Source: Haliotis cracherodii (lineage: Eukaryota). From it: DNA of 64,000 bases. A program made the translations under genes and the position numbers. The notes beneath the pieces are model-generated. The model ran no database searches, was not told the origin of the DNA, and saw only the letters and a program-made list of their open reading frames with translations. Shown here piece by piece: positions 57,436 to 64,000 of the stretch (position 1 is its first letter; each line of letters starts with the position of its first letter). The stretch is taken from the NCBI RefSeq assembly GCF_022045235.1, contig NW_027266264.1:80786001-80850000 (forward strand), read 5' to 3'.

Positions 57436-58066
57436 CTGTCTACACATGTACTGTTTAAATCCCTCCATGCAGCCTCCAAACCATAATCCCCAAAATGTCA
57501 TCTACGCCGGACGCCCATCGTGAATCGCTCACGTCCTGGCAACTCCGGAGACTTGCCACCAATTTGAACTCCGTGTGATATGGGATCTACAAGGCCTAGT
57601 ATTTTGTATCCTGTCAGATATGTATCACGCAAGCCGTTAACGCCTCACACCTAAGGTGTAAATCGATGCCACAGATTATGTTATGCCCACATATTGCTAA
57701 CGGTATCTATTGACAGTAAAACCGTCAAAATATTTGTATCCCATGTAAACATCTTCCCTGGTTACGTCGGCCGCCATGTTAGTTCTATAAAATCACGTGA
57801 CAAGGCGCCGTAGTGGTGCTATTTATAAAAATACCGATATATTTCAGCCCGACATAGCACTGTTCCGTTTTGAGAATGCACCAATCCCAAAGGCAAAGAA
57901 GTACTTGACCCCAGATATTTGATGAAATAGTAAACAGAATAATCCAAAATATCAATCAGAAACTTGTTTCCATCTATATCAATATTATATTGCGTTACGC
58001 TTCTGAACTAAACCACCAGTTGACAGAGATCTTTTATTTCCGGAGGTAAGAAAATGCAACACGGAA
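57436..58066. promoter_or_regulatory. Probable non-coding first exon of the ZNF474-like gene (-, donor at 57435) and shared bidirectional promoter with ULK3
   Basis: Minus-strand CAG|GTAATG donor, matching acceptor at 55700; CpG-richer stretch; CCGCCATGTT (YY1-like), TCACGTGA (E-box), TTCCGG (ETS-like). Confidence 0.5.
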
Positions 58067-58177
58067 ATGGCTAAATCTTCGTCTGCTAGCATCGTGATTC
58101 CTAACTTAAGAGATTATGTTTTTACAGAGAAACTTGGCAGTGGAACCTACGCCACGGTGTACAAAGCCTACAGAAAG
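58067..58177 (+). CDS. ULK3: Serine/threonine kinase ULK3, first coding exon (the rest is apparently beyond the window)
   Basis: MAKSSSASIVIPNLRDYVFTEKLGSGTYATVYKAYRK then a gtatcg donor; TE.LGSGTYATVYKAY is the ULK3 G-loop. Confidence 0.85.
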
Positions 58178-59608
58178 GTATCGATCACAATTCCCTTATT
58201 GTTTAGTTGTTTGTGTCTATTGTAATTAATCGGACCGGGCACCTGTAAGTTTTGAAAACTCTGGACAGCGCTTTTCTTAAAACTTTGTTATCAATACGAT
58301 TAGTTATGATCATCAAGGACAATGCATGGAGTGTAGTAGTTGTTTGGTGTCATTATCACATGCATCACTAGTACAATGTTATCTTGTGGTGCTATATCTC
58401 AGTGTCTGACTGAGGAAACTTAAACTATATTAAATTGTAATTTGAATACAATAATATCTTCCCAAGAGAGAATTATCATTCATGGGTTTTCGAACACTAA
58501 CTGCGTTTCATTCAGTACAGTATCGTATAGGTAGGGTAACTTATCTGTGTTGCTCCCTATAAGCGATTTCGATATTAACTTGTTGCTACACAGAGCTACA
58601 AGCTATCCAATAGTATTTTTCCTAATAGATCCCCAATCCAAATTTGTGTTGCAGTTTATGTGCTTCGGCAAAGTGCATGCATCTTGGTCCATCGACAAAT
58701 GCCACATGATTCACTTCCTTAGACAATTGCCTTCATATATGAGTACAACATATTTTCTTAGCAATTTGGAATCCGACTGGTAAAGATTTTATATCTGCCA
58801 TTGCGCTCAGCGTTGGCAGCCCAAACTCTGTACCCCAGGGTTAAAAAATATGTGACGAAAAGATGTGCATCCAGCATGCACAAATGTAGAGAATGGATGC
58901 AGAAAAAATGATGCTGCATCCCGAGGGCACACAATAACATTGTACCTACAGCGCCTTAAGAGCAAGTATGAGTGTCTGTTATTTCACCCATCAATCATGA
59001 CCACTGTCCACATGATCATTGATTCATTCCAGGCTCTTAAGTAATTATCTAAACGTACAGTACACTACACCATTTTATTAATTTTGAGGACCCTCATATT
59101 TGCCTGCAAGGACCCTTAAAGTCAAACTAAAACCCTGGTACCCTCTCACAATTTACTTGACTTGGGCTTAAGCAGACTAGCATGAATTTCAAAGGTTGTC
59201 TTTGAGTGTTTTTTCAAAATATCAAAATTTTAAACAGCTAAACTCGAAAATAATATGTCACTTTACTATGCTGTACAAACAGCTCTGCTTGATTCAATGC
59301 ATTGCTTTAGATTGTTGGCCCTGCTCAGGGACTGTACATCATGCACAGGTCACAAGCAGATGAAGTTAATCCAATGGGTGGATCATGGGTCCACTTGTAC
59401 AACAGGTGTTTGGAATGTTATGAGGTTTTTTTTATGAAAACCTAAAATATTTAATCTTCAACTGGTAATTGGGAGCATTTTAGTCATTCCATTAGATAAA
59501 TACACTGTTGCCAACTTGCCATGGGATGGAAAGAGTGTGTGATCTGTGCTACCCAACACAGTTACAATGACCACAGTCAAGTCAGAGCTTGTGAACACAT
59601 CCATGTTT

Positions 59609-61014
59609 CATCCTCTCTTTCTCCAGGTCTCTGATTTCGGTAAACCGACACTAACCCCTGGACCCCTGTGGCTCGCAATCTTAAATTACCTGCCCTTGAT
59701 TTTCATTGACATTTTACCGACACCAATAAAACATTGAGATAAGGAAAAAGCAAATAGGTAAGGGAGGTAACTCATATTGACTAGAAACCAAAGCCACCAC
59801 CAGTTTTGATTGAAGTAGGTGCCCTCTAATAGGTGCCCAGTGACAGCAGAACAATATAGATGTAGGGCAAATGTCAGATGTTTACTGCAGTGGCTTGCGT
59901 TGTGTTTTCTACTCCCCACACAGTATGTTTTGCCTAAATGTTCTGTAAGGCCCCTGGCCAGGTTATCAATTCTGATTATAGGGAAAAAATACAAAATAGG
60001 AATGAAGTTGAATGTAAAGTTTATTTTAACAAAATCAATAACAGAGGGCAAACCTACATACTTAATATCCTTCCTACTTTCCCCACTTCCATACCTATGT
60101 AATACTATTCAAAACTACATCATTCACGTAGTCTTAATTCCGCCCTTCTAACCTAACTCCCCAAAATATAATGTCCCCAAACAAACCTTTTCAATTCCTA
60201 CTCTTTTTCTCCCCCACCCATAACTAACGCTAACCTAAGAAAAACATTATCCCAAACAAAAGAAAACTAACTGCTAATCCACAGAGAAAAAAGGTAACAA
60301 AAAGAGAGGTCTTGGTTCGAGACGCGGGGGTCAAACACATACTTTTCCCCGATGCTGGTGAAAGGACGACTGACCATTGCCTGACTGACTGATATAGGAG
60401 ATTTAACGTGCGCTTTCCGACTGTAGCGTATTTCGCACACGATTGCCTACTCAGGGTAGGTTTATATAGACGACGCACAGACCATGTGACCAGGAAAACG
60501 GACAAAACCAATGAACACCCTCCTTACAATTGGCTCTCTCAATCATGGCTTTCGCCTAGCCGAACATGCAAGGAGCATGCCCTCGTCACGTCTTCCCAAT
60601 CACTATGTCTACGTGGGCATAAGCTTCTACAAAAAGGCCTACGAAGATAGGTACTGTGTCACCTGCCCCAATCCCCTTAATATAACCCACCCGCTGTAAA
60701 TATATAAATATTTGAATTAACCCCACATCAAAAAGATTTTTTTGGCATGACAATAAAGTTTTTCAACACTGAATTTCTCACAAACACAATCATAATCAGT
60801 GGGAATTGCCGCTATGGTGATGATATCGCCAACCCAACATAGAGGCTGGTTTGTAACTTGTATTCTGATTGGTATGATAGACCTTGTAGCGTAGCCAATC
60901 AAATTGGCTAAAGGAAATCAAGGGCAGGTAATTTTAGATTGTGAGAACCACGGGGATGGGTACAGAGGTTAGTGTAGGTTTACCAAAATGCTAGCCCTGG
61001 AGGTAAAGAGGATG
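59609..61014. mobile_element. 1.4-kb non-autonomous DNA element with about 100-bp imperfect TIRs
   Basis: CATCCTCT...CTCCAGG...GGTAAACC.ACACTAACC...AAATTACCTGCCCTTGATTT at the left end is mirrored at about 60910-61014. Confidence 0.8.
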
Positions 61015-61476
61015 TCCTCGTTTTAGCTGTCTCTGTAATAAAAATGATAATGCGCCTAATATCCATTCAAAAAGTGGCTACTTATGGCGCTACATATATA
61101 CACACAAATCTCAATGGCACTTAGTCATGTGCAGTGCTGGTGATGTAGATCTCCTTGAATATACTTATAGCCAGACTGCAGACTTAAGTACATAATGACA
61201 CGCTTGGGGCGCTGGGGATCTTATCTGGGCATGGATCAAAACAATTGGTGAAGTAGTGAATCATTGAATTTTTACTATTTTGAGAATGAACTGTGAATGG
61301 TGAGTTTTGATGGGATTTTTGTGTTATTTTGAACAATACGCTCACTATAATCAGGGATTTACTTAGGTATATCTATTTTCAAGTTCAGGGGACTTTCAGT
61401 AACAAGTTTAGAGGGTCCAAGTCATGAAGATAGGGCATCCAAGCAGGTTATCTGTGTAACGCTTTTCTTGATTTCC

Positions 61477-61974
61477 AAGAATTCTATTGACAAGATAGAC
61501 ACAATTTTTATGGATAACAACTTCTTTAATACTGTGAAAAGTGACGTTTCGGTATAGATCCTTATACCGTTGTCAAGCTAGATTGAATGAGGGACATAGT
61601 GCAGTAGGTGGAGGATTAACAGTAACAACAAAAGCATACAGGAGTGGGATAACATTGGTAGGTGTCACACCTACCAATGTTATCCCACTCCTGTATGCTT
61701 TTGTTGTTACTGTTAATCCTGTCACACCTACCAATGTTATCCCACTCATGTATGCTATTGTTGTTAATGTTAATCCTCTACTGTTAATCCTCCACCTACT
61801 ATATATATTCTGCACTATGTCCCTCATGCAGTCTCGCTTGACAACGGTATAAGGATCTATACCGAAACGTCGCTTTCACAGTATTAAAGAAGTTATCCAT
61901 AAAAATTGTGTCTATCTTGTCATCCGTCAACTTCTAAGTAATGCCTATCAAACAATTTAAAAGAATTCTATTGA
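61477..61974. mobile_element. Fold-back Penelope-like (pLTR) insertion with 14-bp flanking direct repeat and two hammerhead-like motifs
   Basis: Near-perfect palindrome 61488-61922 centred near 61665; AAGAATTCTATTGA at 61477-61490 and 61961-61974. Confidence 0.75.
61833..61875 (+). ncRNA. Minimal type I hammerhead ribozyme-like motif, U3-A8 variant (mirror copy on the - strand at about 61541-61581)
   Basis: TTGACAA core, stem II CGGTATA/TATACCG, GAAAC, GTC cleavage triplet, self-complementary ACGT stem III. Confidence 0.65.
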
Positions 61975-62529
61975 TGTCATATCATTACACATTCTCAGAC
62001 ATTTCAAAGTGCAAGTAAACTGAAAATAATGATTGCAATTTTGTTGCAAATATCAATTTGCCTAGATACATTTAGAGAAAAATTCATAACATTTGTAGAA
62101 AGTATTTAAATGTCCAAGCGAAAGTGCTGAAATCACATGCCTCGTAATCTGCTTCCAAAACAAACATATTTGGGCCATGGCCTAAAGGTACCGCTGCAGC
62201 GGGATATGACAAACATTTTCATTGGCTGATATGTGATTCTTAGAAGCTTTATATGTACTCTTTCTGCAATTTCTGTTAATTCTACAAAAATAACAACATT
62301 GCATACATTGTTGAATGGGTGAAAGAAGAAGAAAAAATGAAGAAGAAGAAGAAGAAGAAAATTGTTTTATTAGAGTGTCACATGCTGCAGTACAAAATAT
62401 ATGGACATATAAACATTTCATTAAAAAACAGCACCCGGCCAGTTGTCCAACGAGACACTAATTACATAATGGTACATTTAAAATATAAAAAAAAGAAAAG
62501 AAAAATTAGTTGTTACTTTGTATATTACT

Positions 62530-62840
62530 ACACCCACACCCACACCCACACCCACACCCACACCCACACCCGGACCCGCACCCATACACCCACATACACA
62601 TCCGCATTAAAATCCTCCTCAAAGCGTACAAACAGGTAAGCATACAGGACGCTCACAGCAATCTCATGCAGAACATTCACAGCAGTCTCATACAAAACAC
62701 TCACAGCAATCTCATACAGAACACTCACAGCAATCTCATTCAGAACACTCACAGCAATCTCATACAGAATACTCACAACAATCTCATACAGAACCCTCGC
62801 AGCAATCTCATACAAAACACTCACGGTAATCTCATACATG
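62530..62840. repeat. (CACACC)n microsatellite followed by a 24-bp minisatellite (ACACTCACAGCAATCTCATACAGA)
   Basis: Directly visible. Confidence 0.9.
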
Positions 62841-63819
62841 TCATACATCTATACACATATGTGTCCATATACGGACAAATTAATTCATCAATCGTGTATA
62901 CTCACCTACATGTATAACCAGCATACATACTAACATACCAACCTACATACATACCTATATCCATCAAACATAAATCAATCCGTATTATACATACACAGGT
63001 CCATCCATACCTATATCCATCCATTCACACCTCAGTCCATATATACATACACACATACAACCATACAGGAGCCGTACTGAATACAATATGAACATACATT
63101 AAATACAACAGATAATATAGATGAGAGGCACTGTATACTAAAGTACATAAACATCACCTTTGATCTTGAAATTGTGAATAATTAAAATAACATTGAACAA
63201 TCTGTAACTAGCATTTTATTACGAGCATCCTGTTTAATGCAATGAACGGACACTTCGATTACAACCTTGGTTGTCTTAATTTTAGAGCTTCACTTTGCCT
63301 GGTTCGGTCTACTAGTGCCTACTGTGACTGAAATGAACTTTATTACACTTAGGCCGCTATATATACAAATATACAATATATATCAACAGATTTACCGAGC
63401 AGTGGCTTCAGTAAATAAAGATACAGAAAAGGGTTCAGTTGTGAGACATATTGATAGGGTTAAATAGCAGCATTAATATTTTACAAAATTTTGATAATTT
63501 TCTAAGTGTTTCTTATCATTTAATAATAAAAAGCAAATTCATTTAGTACATATGGGGTGAAATGTAAAATATTTTCTAATTAGCTGTTTTCCTATTTTGA
63601 AATAGTGGACAGATAAATAGATAGTGGAAGTAATCACCTAAATCAAATGATTTACAAAATGGACATTTTCATTCAGTTAAAGTTATTTTTTTTCCAACTT
63701 CCAGTTTCAATTAGGAGATTGTGATTGTAGGTAATAAATTGTAATAAGTCTCACCAAATACTTACTTTCATGTTTAAATAATCTTCGAAAATCAGGGATT
63801 CAGTTCTAACTATGGTATA

Positions 63820-63995
63820 CAGTAAACTACGTTTATAACAAATACGCTTATAACGAACTGATGGTTATAACAAACTGGTCTTTTTGGTCCTGGCCATTTG
63901 CTGTATATACGTTGCATATATGCTTATAAAGAACAACGGTTATAATGAACTAAAATTAGCGACCCCTTTGAGTTTGTTATAACCATAGTTTACTG
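63820..63995. mobile_element. 176-bp Tc1/mariner-type MITE
   Basis: TIRs CAGTAAACTA.G.TTATAACAAA with TA on both sides. Confidence 0.85.
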
Positions 63996-64000
63996 TACCT

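Noticed and set aside
61541-61852. Similar peptides on both strands
   Set aside because: A consequence of the DNA palindrome, not coding
62510-62917. His-Pro and QNTHSNLI repeat ORF
   Set aside because: Translation of micro- and minisatellites inside ULK3 intron 1

Overview
Eukaryotic genomic DNA rich in introns and repeats. It is probably a mollusc and possibly a gastropod such as abalone; this is inferred from the SINE types and gene families and was not verified. Genes were reconstructed by hand from splice sites: the last exon of one Cys-less pentameric ligand-gated ion channel (pLGIC) paralog (382-471); a complete 8-exon tandem paralog (3356-9039, 363 aa); a single-exon NAT8/camello-type acetyltransferase (-) head-to-head with TBCA (+, GC-AG first intron); a 7-exon non-alpha nicotinic receptor-like subunit (31609-39801); and a ZNF474-like protein with 8 C2HC fingers (-) head-to-head with ULK3 exon 1. 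Mobile DNA includes several SINE families sharing one 3' tail, CR1-type and R4/Dong-type LINE relics, a decayed Tc1 (DD34E), MITEs, Helentron-like HINEs, a DIRS-like relic and a palindromic Penelope-like insertion. Best leads: (1) the Cys-less pLGIC has no signal peptide and a very basic post-M4 tail, suggesting inverted membrane topology; (2) an abundant non-tRNA SINE-like repeat begins with a compact four-way-junction/kissing-loop RNA fold; (3) a fold-back Penelope-like insertion carries two U3-A8 variant minimal hammerhead ribozyme motifs. Most long ORFs in the supplied track are artefacts of tandem repeats.
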